Shown here piece after piece: positions 8,025 through 17,748 of a DNA stretch of 64,000 nt (the first letter of the stretch is position 1; each line of letters begins with the position of its first letter). Below the pieces are notes generated by a model, which ran no database searches, was not told the DNA's origin, and saw only the letters and a program-made list of their open reading frames with translations. The DNA comes from an uncultured bacterium (GTDB lineage Bacteria > Patescibacteriota > Dojkabacteria > J137): positions 808,690 through 872,689 of the forward strand of contig OY969472.1 of the NCBI GenBank assembly GCA_963700155.1, written 5' to 3'. A program made the translations under genes and the position numbers.

Positions 8025-10682
8025 GAATTTGTTATGAAGATCTTCAAAAAGATAAACGAAAACAGGAGGGCTTTTTTTATAGCTCTTATTCTTATATTTA
8101 ATATTCCTTTGGCGTTTGGATTAACTAATCAGGTAAAGGCATATGTAGTTGATGGTACTTCAGACAGAATTCTTAATACACCATCTTCTCAAAACTTTTT
8201 TAATATTCTATCTCCAGATGCTGCAAAATTGGCTACTTCAACGGGTTGTGATGCTAATCTTGGAACTGGAAGCTTTTTTGATGGTGTAACAGCTCTTGAA
8301 TATGGGACTTTGGGTTACGAAGCTCAAACAGCTTTGTGTTTGAATAAAGCTGGTGATTTACAGGCTTTGAATAATTATTTTGATACTAATTCAGGTGGAG
8401 TTATGAATGCTGTAAGCAATATTCAAGCTACTATTCTAGATCAAAGACCAGCGAGTGCTGGTTATTATTTGGAGCAAAAAGTGTATGCATTACAAACTGC
8501 TGGACAAGTTTATGCTCAGGACAATACTTCTCCTGCACCATATTTCCCATCTGGAACTGGTTTCCAATTACTCCAACCTATCCAAGCTTTCTGGGGCTGG
8601 GCAGTAAATATAGTTTATGGATTTTTAATATTGATAATTATTGGTATAGCTTTTGCAATAGTATTTAGGAATAATTTGGGAGGAGCCCAAGTTGTTACCA
8701 TACAAAGTGCGATTCCAAGCATAGCTTTAGCAATGGTACTTGTTCCTTTAAGTTATGCAATTTCCGGAGTTTTTATTGATGCAATAACTGTTGGGACAAA
8801 TGTTGTACATGCTTTCTTATTAGGACCTGGTGCTCCTGGGCAGGCGGTTTATGATAACAGAGGTACAGGAACAGACGGATGTACTGATACTACAGATAAT
8901 CCTTGTGATCGTGGACTTTATGCTGATGATGATCGAGTAAACTGGTTTAACATTCAAAAAATGGTTGATATAAGTAAACCAGTTGAAAATGCAGCAGCTT
9001 CTATTCCTGATCCTTTCACCGGTGCTAAAGGGGGTTTGGTTAACAACTTTTTTGTATTTAAAATTGTAAGTACAATTCTTAACTTATTTAGTGGAAGTGA
9101 TAAACCTTCTGCATATTGGTTTGGGAAGATAATTAATCTTGTAATTGGACTTACAATGATTTGGATAGGTCTAAAGATTTTACTAAAGTTGTTTCAAAAG
9201 TATTTAATGTTGATTTTGATGCCTATTATGTCGCCATTTATTTTTGCAACTGCTGCAATTCCCGGAAATGGGACTAAAAGTATAATTGAATATGTAAAGG
9301 TTTTAGGTTCTGCTTCTCTCTTTTATATTGTGACATATGCGATGTTTTTGTTAACTATTATATTTACTAGTGAATCTTTTCAAAACCAGGTGCCAGATAT
9401 ACAGAGTGGAGCTTTTGTGCCACCATTAATGGGATTTAAAGATATTTTCCAAAATACAGGAGCACTTGGGAGTGTTCCTTTAACTCATTTTATATTTACG
9501 TTGGTTGGACTTGGAATTTATTTCTCAATTCCTAAGGTTCTGGAAGGGATAGATTCTGCACTTGGTGTGCCAACAGCAATACCGAACTTTATCTTGACAC
9601 CTATTAATTCGTTTAGAGAATCAACTAATGTTACATTTAGAGCAGTACAGCAGACAGGAAGAGCTGCCTCTGGTCTTAATCAGTTGAGACAAACCGCAGT
9701 ACCTCAAGCAAGTAGAACCATCCAAAATAGGTTAGATAGGTTAAGGGGATTAAAACCTGGTGAGATAGGAACCTGGGAATACAGAAGAAAGAATGAATTA
9801 TCTCAGCAAAGGGCAAATGCTGAAAGAGAGAAAAGAAAAGCACAAAATATTTTGGAAAATCCTAACGCTCCAGAATCAGAAAAGAATGCTGCTCGAAATA
9901 CAATAGCAGCATCAAATCGAGCTATTAGTAATGTAGATAGAGAGGTTAATAGATATGGATTTGAAGGGGTTGGATATTCTAAGGAGACACCTGAACCTGA
10001 ATTGAAAGTTGAAGTAAAAACAAAGAATGGCTTAGGGGGACCAAATATATTAGGAATAGACTCAGGTTTTATTGAATCTATGACTAGTGGCCCTGGTGGA
10101 TTTATGCTTCCATTAGATATGACAATTGAAGCGGTAGGATTTTCTATGCCAACCAATCCAATTATAACTATATATAGAACAGATCAATTATCAGCAAGTG
10201 AATATAAAAAAATAAATATTTTTGCCGAATTAACAAAAACATCGGGTAATAGCTTAGAGCTATTTGGATCCGCAGATTTCCCATGGAAAAACGATACGTC
10301 ACCTTTATTGCCTATTAACAAAGATGCTAAGGTGGAATTAACAACAGATCTTAATTCAACTAATGCCGATAAATCTTTTAACCCTGGAACTTCTGGAAAC
10401 AAATTAGTTATTCCACTTAAAGTTTTATTTAAGAACTTTGACCCAAATACAAGAAAAGCAGTTTTAGGAGAACAGAGTCCAAGTGGTAATTATATTAAAG
10501 GTCAAATTCAAAGATTTAAAGGAGGAGCGTTAACTTTTGGTGATACAATAAAAAATGGAACTTATACTACTCCAGCTTTAACTCCTGTCAATACAAACAA
10601 ATTAGTCTTTGCAATTACACTTGGTGATGGAAGAATTGCAGAAAGTAATGCAGTAAGTCCAGTAATAACCATTGCTTCTTAA
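8001..10682 (+). CDS. large polytopic membrane protein: signal peptide + ~150-aa exodomain + ~7 TM helices + ~390-aa C-terminal coiled-coil/soluble domain; architecture reminiscent of VirB6/TrbL and Gram-positive ConG/TcpH
   Basis: Cleavable-looking signal MKIFKK…PLAFG, assuming ATG 8034 is the start; the track uses GTG 8001. TM segments include AFWGWAVNIVYGFLILIIIGIAFAIVF, FGKIINLVIGLTMIWIGLKILLKLF, LMLILMPIMSPFIFATAAIPG and VLGSASLFYIVTYAMFLLTIIFT. The C-terminal region is Arg/Gln/Asn-rich helical. No catalytic motif. Confidence 0.45.
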   Translation: MSDMFLYTEFVMKIFKKINENRRAFFIALILIFNIPLAFGLTNQVKAYVVDGTSDRILNTPSSQNFFNILSPDAAKLATSTGCDANLGTGSFFDGVTALEYGTLGYEAQTALCLNKAGDLQALNNYFDTNSGGVMNAVSNIQATILDQRPASAGYYLEQKVYALQTAGQVYAQDNTSPAPYFPSGTGFQLLQPIQAFWGWAVNIVYGFLILIIIGIAFAIVFRNNLGGAQVVTIQSAIPSIALAMVLVPLSYAISGVFIDAITVGTNVVHAFLLGPGAPGQAVYDNRGTGTDGCTDTTDNPCDRGLYADDDRVNWFNIQKMVDISKPVENAAASIPDPFTGAKGGLVNNFFVFKIVSTILNLFSGSDKPSAYWFGKIINLVIGLTMIWIGLKILLKLFQKYLMLILMPIMSPFIFATAAIPGNGTKSIIEYVKVLGSASLFYIVTYAMFLLTIIFTSESFQNQVPDIQSGAFVPPLMGFKDIFQNTGALGSVPLTHFIFTLVGLGIYFSIPKVLEGIDSALGVPTAIPNFILTPINSFRESTNVTFRAVQQTGRAASGLNQLRQTAVPQASRTIQNRLDRLRGLKPGEIGTWEYRRKNELSQQRANAEREKRKAQNILENPNAPESEKNAARNTIAASNRAISNVDREVNRYGFEGVGYSKETPEPELKVEVKTKNGLGGPNILGIDSGFIESMTSGPGGFMLPLDMTIEAVGFSMPTNPIITIYRTDQLSASEYKKINIFAELTKTSGNSLELFGSADFPWKNDTSPLLPINKDAKVELTTDLNSTNADKSFNPGTSGNKLVIPLKVLFKNFDPNTRKAVLGEQSPSGNYIKGQIQRFKGGALTFGDTIKNGTYTTPALTPVNTNKLVFAITLGDGRIAESNAVSPVITIAS

Positions 10683-10700
10683 ATTTAGTATAATTCTTCT

Positions 10701-11156
10701 ATGTCTGATAAAGATACTACTGAGAAAACAAAATATATTGAACCTAGAGGATTAGGTAAGATTAATCCTATTGAAGCTTTTCGGGAAAAAGGTCCGGCGG
10801 ATAAGTTTCTCGACTTCATGGCGACTAAAGTTGGAAAACCTGGTGATAAGGAAGGAGATGCTTTTGTTAATGTATGGGGTGGAATAATGAAATCTCCAGA
10901 GAAACTACTGAGACTTGGTATAAAGGGAATTGGTTTAGCTGCATATCCTTTATATGCATTTGAATTAGCAAAAAGTGCAGTTGATAGAAGTATTTCAGAA
11001 GGTAAAGCAAGAGAATCAGATAGAGTAAAATTGATTGAAGAAGAAGCGAAACGTTTAAAAGATAGGATGGAAAGTGAACAAAGTTATCAAGAGTTTCTTG
11101 GTAATTCAGATGATTTTGATACCCTTTTGCCTGCTCAAAAGAGAGGCATTCTCTGA
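10701..11156 (+). CDS. hypothetical protein (151 aa) with one amphipathic/hydrophobic segment
   Basis: ORF 19 nt after the upstream stop. Segment LRLGIKGIGLAAYPLYAFELA. No motif. Confidence 0.5.
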   Translation: MSDKDTTEKTKYIEPRGLGKINPIEAFREKGPADKFLDFMATKVGKPGDKEGDAFVNVWGGIMKSPEKLLRLGIKGIGLAAYPLYAFELAKSAVDRSISEGKARESDRVKLIEEEAKRLKDRMESEQSYQEFLGNSDDFDTLLPAQKRGIL

Positions 11157-13161
11157 CAGATTAGATATAACAGATCCTGAACTCAAAGATATAATTCAGA
11201 ATGAGAATATCTATGCTTGGCTAGGAATAAAACCTGATGATTCTTCTGATCCAGAAAAATTAAAGATAGCGATTGAAAATAGAAAAAAATCGACAAGCAT
11301 ACTTCTTGATTTCTTTACAGATCCTGAAATAGCTAATCTTGCAGAAGAAGATGACATCTCTTTCTTACAAAGTTTAATATCATTTCTTACTAATCCAAAT
11401 TCTGAAAATATTAGCTTTTCGCCAGAAGAACAAAAGAAAATTAAAAGTAAACTTCAAGAAAAAACCGGAGTAAGTGGTGAAGAATTTAATGCTAAAAATC
11501 CAATAATTTATAGATTTATTCATGACCTTGAAAAAATAATAAAAAAGATGCAAAGAGGAGAAGAAAGGTCTGATGTTCTAGATCGAATTGATAAAATCAC
11601 TTCTGCAGCTGAAAAAATTACAACAAATATAGACGCTTCAAATATGTATAAAGATAGATGGTTATCTGCAGCTGCTTGTACTGTGACTCCTTTTAATGAT
11701 AGATTGGGGACTCAAACTCAAATGCCGGAAGATCTTAATATAGAGTTTCATGATAATGGAATGTTTGGAGGAGTAGATCCATTTTTATTTCTTGGATTTG
11801 TTGAGGTGCCAAATCAACAGGAAATTGATGATAAAAAAATTTCATTGGATAATCTTGCATCAAGAATTCCTTCTAAAAATGCGATAGAAGATAATATGCA
11901 AGTTATAAAAGATAAGTATAATATGTCTCAAATTAGACAAAATTGTGAAGTTATCTCTTCTCTCTCTAGAAGGCAGGTAGAATCTATGCATGTTTTATCT
12001 CAGATATTTTTACAGCTTGCTACTACTCCACCATCAACACAGTTTCAGTTTAATTTTGAAGGTAAGACATTAAATATAAATAATGCAGCATTAATTGAAA
12101 AAATTAGAAAAGTAATTTTTCCTGAGAAAGTACAAGGTGAAAATGTTAATTCTTCTGATAATATTTTATTAAGAAAATTTGAATTAAATGAATTGATTAA
12201 AGAAGTTGTTGAATTAGTGTCGAAAGATCCAAATTATGTAACTTTATTAAATTTATTACAAACGCTAAATGATTTTAGCCTGATGACCGAAGACTTAACC
12301 TTCGGATTAAATGATAAAGAAGGTAAAAAAAATACAGCATTAAATTTTATAAAAGACTTAAATTATCCGAATCCAATTTTTGAAGTAATGTATCAACTCT
12401 ATGATGGAGATATGACTAAATTGGTACATGAAAAAAGAAGATATTTTAAAAAATCGAATAGATTATCTCCTTCAAGATCAATCTATGAAGGAATGGTGTC
12501 TGTAATTTCATCAAAACAAGGTATAGTACAGAAACTATCTGACTTAAGAAAGGATGATGGTAAATTTCAGAAAATAGTAGATTTGCATCATCAATATTTA
12601 CAACGAATATCTGATGGAGATTTTGTTCTATCAGAAAATATAGAAGAGAAAAGAGATCCACAGAACTTTATAAAACAGCTTCATGATTTAGCAATAAATC
12701 TAGTTGATAGAAAGTATCCTCAATTAGCAAGGATTATGGGTGATACTTATATTAGTTTTGACGACATTGTACCCCCGAAAATTAAGTCAACTACTAAAAT
12801 CGAAGATTTAGGTAAGTATCCCGATATTCAGAAATTAATAGGACAATTGACATTAATTTCTAAGATACTGTTTAATAGGCAAGCAGAAATTTTAACGAGC
12901 GAGTTTGGAGCTGAACAGGTCAATCCAAAAATACAACAAGAAATGTTTTTTATTGAGCATCACTTAAGAATATTGGTAGCTTTAGGATTTGACATTGATA
13001 ATATAAAAGGGAATAATGTTATAAACTCAAAGCCTTTAATGATGTATCTGAACGGTTTATCAGTAAATCCGATAAATTCAGGAAGATATAAAATAAAGGA
13101 TAATTGTGGTAAGAGCAATTTTACTTTTTCTAGAACTGAAGAGAAACTTAAAATAGCATAA
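11074..13161 (+). CDS. hypothetical large protein (695 aa), N-terminal hydrophobic anchor or signal, mostly alpha-helical
   Basis: GTG start at 11074 preceded by AGGA at 11064-67. It overlaps the upstream gene by 83 nt (translational coupling). N-terminus MNKVIKSFLVIQMILIPFCLL. No Walker A or other motif. Confidence 0.5.
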   Translation: MNKVIKSFLVIQMILIPFCLLKREAFSDRLDITDPELKDIIQNENIYAWLGIKPDDSSDPEKLKIAIENRKKSTSILLDFFTDPEIANLAEEDDISFLQSLISFLTNPNSENISFSPEEQKKIKSKLQEKTGVSGEEFNAKNPIIYRFIHDLEKIIKKMQRGEERSDVLDRIDKITSAAEKITTNIDASNMYKDRWLSAAACTVTPFNDRLGTQTQMPEDLNIEFHDNGMFGGVDPFLFLGFVEVPNQQEIDDKKISLDNLASRIPSKNAIEDNMQVIKDKYNMSQIRQNCEVISSLSRRQVESMHVLSQIFLQLATTPPSTQFQFNFEGKTLNINNAALIEKIRKVIFPEKVQGENVNSSDNILLRKFELNELIKEVVELVSKDPNYVTLLNLLQTLNDFSLMTEDLTFGLNDKEGKKNTALNFIKDLNYPNPIFEVMYQLYDGDMTKLVHEKRRYFKKSNRLSPSRSIYEGMVSVISSKQGIVQKLSDLRKDDGKFQKIVDLHHQYLQRISDGDFVLSENIEEKRDPQNFIKQLHDLAINLVDRKYPQLARIMGDTYISFDDIVPPKIKSTTKIEDLGKYPDIQKLIGQLTLISKILFNRQAEILTSEFGAEQVNPKIQQEMFFIEHHLRILVALGFDIDNIKGNNVINSKPLMMYLNGLSVNPINSGRYKIKDNCGKSNFTFSRTEEKLKIA

Positions 13162-13164
13162 ACT

Positions 13165-13362
13165 ATGGATGATCAACAAAAATTAATACAATCTAAGTTA
13201 GTTTTTCAGAAAATAATTGATAGATTTAGAGAGGAACTACTAGATAAAAAAGATAAAGAAGGAAATTTGCTATACTCTCCTGATGAAATAAATCAAATGA
13301 TTGATGATTTAGTTGAAGCTTTTAATAAAAAGAAAATTAATCTTGTTAAAAAACAAACATGA
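13165..13362 (+). CDS. small hypothetical protein (65 aa)
   Basis: Begins 4 nt after the upstream stop and ends with an ATGA overlap into the 1307-aa gene. Charged and helical. Confidence 0.4.
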   Translation: MDDQQKLIQSKLVFQKIIDRFREELLDKKDKEGNLLYSPDEINQMIDDLVEAFNKKKINLVKKQT

Positions 13363-16300
13363 GTAATCTTAATGTTGATTATTTAAGTATGCATGAGAAA
13401 GCTCCTAACTCTGGAGTTTATGAAGTTTTATTAGGTGTCCGATATCCATTCAATCCAGCTACAGCTTTAGTTCTCCAGGATGTTGCAAAAGAATATGGTT
13501 ACGAAGTAACAGTAAACACAGGTACTGGAGAAATTAAAATTGAGAATTTAAATGCTGAAAATGGAATGACTATTAAGCAACAAATAGAAAATTTACAACG
13601 TGGAGTTGCTAATAATGTAAATAGTGCTCAGAATGTAAATTTAAATTTTACTACTCCAGTAACTTTTGCTACGGGTAGTGTTAATGCTCCAACTTCATAT
13701 AAAGATACTTTGTGGGAACGTTTTACTAGAGATAAAGATAAAGTTAGAGCAGAAAACAGGTTACAGCAATTACTTTTAAATACTAGTGATGCAGATATCA
13801 ACCATATAATTCAAGGAGGGATTGATAGGGTAGCTTTTCTAGATATTATGAATGCTGCTGAGCTTACACCAGTTGATGCAGATAATATTATAAAGTTCAT
13901 AGTATTACTTCAATCCAATCCTGATTATAAATTTGTAAAAAGTCCACTTAGAAAAAAAGTCTTAGATATAATATTAAAATTCGCTTACACAGAATTATTT
14001 CAATCTTCAGCGAAAAATTATTTCCAACAAATTATATCTCAACTAGGTACTCCACCAAATCTTGACTATAGAAAGCTAGATATTTCATCAATTAATATGC
14101 TTTTTGAACCAGTTGGATTAAGTTTTTATACTTTATCAGAAGAACAAAGATCATTTTTCGCAGATCTTTTAAGAAATATAAAATCACAACCTAAAACACC
14201 ACTAAGTCCTGAAGTTGATAAATTACTGGAAATTTTAGCTATGCCTGTAGGTATAAGTATAATTGAAACAGGTTCACTACCAAATGAAAGTATTGCACAT
14301 ATAATTAAAACTTTAAATTATAGTCCAGACGCTGAAGATGAACTAAGTAATCTGTTAAAGATAGAGAAAATCGATCCTAAATTCAGAAGCATATATAGAA
14401 ATCTCAGAATACTTTCTTTATTAGATTTATCCCCCGGAATGCTTGAAACATTAATATTCAAAGAAGATTTATCACCTGAAGGTAAAGATCAAATTGTTAT
14501 TGATATAATTGATAGAATAAATGAGAAAATTCCTGAATATCTATATAGGTCTCAATCGAGACCAAGAGATAGTCTTTTATATGGAGAAACTTTAGGTTTT
14601 CTTCAATATTTGTATCAAGATCCTTCAGGGAATCCAGGGATAACTCCAATTAGAGAATCATTTTTGAACGAATTAGCTAAGAAGTTTAATGCTAATCCTT
14701 TTGATGAGTTTCAAAAAGGTATGTTTGAAGTAATTCTGGAAATAATGAATTCTGGATTAGTGGTTGGGTATAAGAAAGAAAATGCTGATGAAAGAAGACA
14801 GGATAGAGTTGGAGAAGTTCTTAAACAAACTAAATCTCCAAAAACAAAATTAACACTTCCTTCGTATTCTAGAAGTAATTTTAAACCAACTTTACAAGTT
14901 AGTATCACTGGACTACCTGAGGATTATGAAGCTATTTCATTAAACTCTAAGGGAACTATCCCTGAGCTTGTCAATTTATACATTCAAAATCCTGAAGAAT
15001 TTGCTACAAATGCTAATTATGAGGATATTAGATTTAACATTCTTAAAATTATTGAATTTTTACAGTTGGAAGGAATATATGACTATATTGTTGATATACT
15101 TCAGAATTCAAGTGATGAGGATAATGCATATATAAGTCTTGTTGAGACCTTCTATAATACAGAACCTGTTAATAACCAAAGAATATATCCATATATTGAA
15201 AATTTAACAAATATTTTTAAGACATGTTTCAAATCTGGATTTGCTGATACTGATGAAGCATCAAAATATATTTCAGCAAGATTTATTGTAGATATGTTAG
15301 CAAAGCGTACTAAGAAAGATGAAGCTGCATCTAGGTTAGAAACTCCAGCTAATAAGTATGGGATAACAAAATTGTTAAACATACCTTCAGATTTACAAGG
15401 GATAATTCAAGAAGTATCAGATGCACAAGGTAATATAGATCTAACTAAACTTACTAGAATTCAACGGGAAATATTTATAAAAAGAATTAGAACTTTGGAA
15501 TTACAAAGAGGTATTATAAAGATTTTAGAAGATAAAAAAGATTCTCTAACTCCTGATGATATTGATAATCTCATTGATCAAGCTACACGAGCGTTTATTT
15601 CTAATGAAGGACTTGATGGAAAATCAGTTTTTGATATTAATGAGTCTAGTATTAATTTTAAAAAGAACTTGAAAGTCTTTATTGATGGGTTGTTGAATCC
15701 ACCAGATATAACTACAGGGTTAGGTATTAATTTTGAAAGTGAAAAGGAAAAAACTTTAGATACATTAGAGACAATGTACATTGTAATAGGAAAGAAAGGG
15801 AAACTTTTTGAGCTTAGACAAGGTCAAATTTATGATGATCTTGATAAAGTTGAAGAAGATATTAAGGTATTTGTTGAGAATTATAGAGAAGATATCCTTA
15901 ATAAAAATATTGAAATGGAACAAGGTAGGGATCTTGCTAATAATATGGAAGATTCGATAAATCACCTAAAGAATAAACTTAAAAGTCACTATGAGGAAAA
16001 TTATAAAGATGCCCCAAGTAGTGACTTTAGAGATACCTTTAGAAAAAATAGTCGGGTAAAAAATATAAAAAATACATACTTTAAAAGCTTCTTAAATGGT
16101 GTGAATATTACAACTAAAGAAGAATATTCGAATTATTTAGCTTTTGTTGATGTTATTGGAAATTTAATTGACTTAGAAAGTGAAAGAGATTATGAAATTT
16201 TATTTTATCTCTTAGTTGTTCCTGTCGGTATTTTTACGAGTACAGATTATAAATTAAGGTTTAAAGACAAAAAGACGAAGAAGGGTAATAGTTATCATGA

Positions 16301-17282
16301 AGAATTGAAGGGTTATAAACCAGCACCTCCGAGATCAGGTTATAGCGAAAAGGAGATTAAGAATTTAGCCAATCATCTATTAAAAGCTCAACTTAGAGCT
16401 GCAGTTGTTATTTATGAAGAACAAATTGCCCAGCAAAGAGAAGCTTCTAGACTTAATGAAAGAGATAATGAGAAGAAAGATAATAAAAAAGAATCTCATT
16501 CGAATCTTCAAAATACCCCAGAAACAATTAATATTAATGGTACTGAGGTAAAATCTCAACAAAATAAACGTTCGGTAAAAAAGTTAGCGCAATCTATTAT
16601 TAGAAATAGAGGTAAAATTGGAGCTGTGGCTGGAGAGGTTGCAGGAGGTGCATTTGTCTTAGGAATTGCTTCAACTGGAAATATTCCTGGAGCTCTAATC
16701 GCAGGAGAACTTTTCTTCCTCCCGGTAAGTTCAGCAAGAATTTTGCAGATAGGAGCCGACATGAGAAAAGATGATAGAAAAAAATATATTGAAACAATAA
16801 ATGCTAATGTAGAACTACTTAGACAGGATCTCCAGGGATTACCTGAAGTTGTTAGAAATCATACTCAAAATCTTATTAATGCAAAATTTGCTGAAAAATA
16901 TGTAGAAGAATCAAGAAAGAATTTAAAAAATATGAGAGAAAATATTTATCCTAAGATTCAATCTAAGTTAGATAAATCAAAAGCAAGTGAAATTCAAGAA
17001 ATAAATTTAAACTTAGTACCGAAAGCCACGAGAGTTATAGATAAATCTATGTCAGAAATCATGTCATTATTAAGAGATAATGCTTCAGGTAAGCCAATAG
17101 ATCCAGCAAAACTTGAAAAGAGAATTGTTGATTTATTAAGAAAAATAAATGAAGCTATGTTTGAGTTAACAACAATGCTGGAAAATTTAATAAATGATGT
17201 TAGATTAAGAAAGAAAAACTGGGGCGAGAATTGGTACAAAGAACTAAGAATTTTAGAAGAGTCTTATGGAAGTGCTGCTTAA
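13359..17282 (+). CDS. giant hypothetical protein (1307 aa), helical/repetitive, C-terminal glycine-zipper membrane hairpin followed by a coiled-coil
   Basis: No P-loop or enzymatic motif. Segment IGAVAGEVAGGAFVLGIASTGNIPGALIAGELFFLPV (GxxxG-rich). Downstream heptad-like region (…LQGLPEVVRNHTQNLINAKFAEKYVEESRKNLKNMREN…). Confidence 0.55.
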   Translation: MSNLNVDYLSMHEKAPNSGVYEVLLGVRYPFNPATALVLQDVAKEYGYEVTVNTGTGEIKIENLNAENGMTIKQQIENLQRGVANNVNSAQNVNLNFTTPVTFATGSVNAPTSYKDTLWERFTRDKDKVRAENRLQQLLLNTSDADINHIIQGGIDRVAFLDIMNAAELTPVDADNIIKFIVLLQSNPDYKFVKSPLRKKVLDIILKFAYTELFQSSAKNYFQQIISQLGTPPNLDYRKLDISSINMLFEPVGLSFYTLSEEQRSFFADLLRNIKSQPKTPLSPEVDKLLEILAMPVGISIIETGSLPNESIAHIIKTLNYSPDAEDELSNLLKIEKIDPKFRSIYRNLRILSLLDLSPGMLETLIFKEDLSPEGKDQIVIDIIDRINEKIPEYLYRSQSRPRDSLLYGETLGFLQYLYQDPSGNPGITPIRESFLNELAKKFNANPFDEFQKGMFEVILEIMNSGLVVGYKKENADERRQDRVGEVLKQTKSPKTKLTLPSYSRSNFKPTLQVSITGLPEDYEAISLNSKGTIPELVNLYIQNPEEFATNANYEDIRFNILKIIEFLQLEGIYDYIVDILQNSSDEDNAYISLVETFYNTEPVNNQRIYPYIENLTNIFKTCFKSGFADTDEASKYISARFIVDMLAKRTKKDEAASRLETPANKYGITKLLNIPSDLQGIIQEVSDAQGNIDLTKLTRIQREIFIKRIRTLELQRGIIKILEDKKDSLTPDDIDNLIDQATRAFISNEGLDGKSVFDINESSINFKKNLKVFIDGLLNPPDITTGLGINFESEKEKTLDTLETMYIVIGKKGKLFELRQGQIYDDLDKVEEDIKVFVENYREDILNKNIEMEQGRDLANNMEDSINHLKNKLKSHYEENYKDAPSSDFRDTFRKNSRVKNIKNTYFKSFLNGVNITTKEEYSNYLAFVDVIGNLIDLESERDYEILFYLLVVPVGIFTSTDYKLRFKDKKTKKGNSYHEELKGYKPAPPRSGYSEKEIKNLANHLLKAQLRAAVVIYEEQIAQQREASRLNERDNEKKDNKKESHSNLQNTPETININGTEVKSQQNKRSVKKLAQSIIRNRGKIGAVAGEVAGGAFVLGIASTGNIPGALIAGELFFLPVSSARILQIGADMRKDDRKKYIETINANVELLRQDLQGLPEVVRNHTQNLINAKFAEKYVEESRKNLKNMRENIYPKIQSKLDKSKASEIQEINLNLVPKATRVIDKSMSEIMSLLRDNASGKPIDPAKLEKRIVDLLRKINEAMFELTTMLENLINDVRLRKKNWGENWYKELRILEESYGSAA

Positions 17283-17298
17283 ATTTTAAAATAAAAAA

Positions 17299-17727
17299 AT
17301 GTATTTAGATGAAGCAATATTAAGAATATTATATACAATTCCAGTTGAGGTGGATATTACCTCGGAAAAAAAGACATATCTTATGACTTGTTTGCAGGCT
17401 GGTATTGAGGCATTGATTGTTTTTAAGCTTTCTAATCCAAGCGAGTATTCAGAAGAAAGTTTCAATGAAAAAGCAAATCTTTTAAATTCAGAATTAGAAA
17501 AAGAAGATCCTAATATTGATTTATTAATGGGCTTTATGCGAAATCTTCAAGAGAATAAAAATTTTAATTCATTATACGAAAGTTATTTAACTGAAATTAA
17601 TAAAGATATTTTTGAAAAAGCCTTTCAGAGACAGCCTCAACTTCAAGATGAAATAGTACAATATAGTAAAGGTGTTAGAGATAAAGCAATCAAAGAATAT
17701 ATTGAAACATTTGTTGATGTAGAATAA
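17299..17727 (+). CDS. hypothetical protein (142 aa)
   Basis: ORF 17 nt after the 1307-aa gene. Acidic and helical. Confidence 0.45.
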   Translation: MYLDEAILRILYTIPVEVDITSEKKTYLMTCLQAGIEALIVFKLSNPSEYSEESFNEKANLLNSELEKEDPNIDLLMGFMRNLQENKNFNSLYESYLTEINKDIFEKAFQRQPQLQDEIVQYSKGVRDKAIKEYIETFVDVE

Positions 17728-17748
17728 TCACAGTTAAAGCTTTACAAC

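Noticed and set aside
8001-17282. Interpretation of the big operon as a complete type IV secretion or conjugation system
   Set aside because: No VirB4- or VirD4-type ATPase (no Walker A GxxxxGK[ST]) and no relaxase is encoded anywhere in the block. Only the membrane-protein architecture is T4SS-like, so the call is kept as a novel or partial system.
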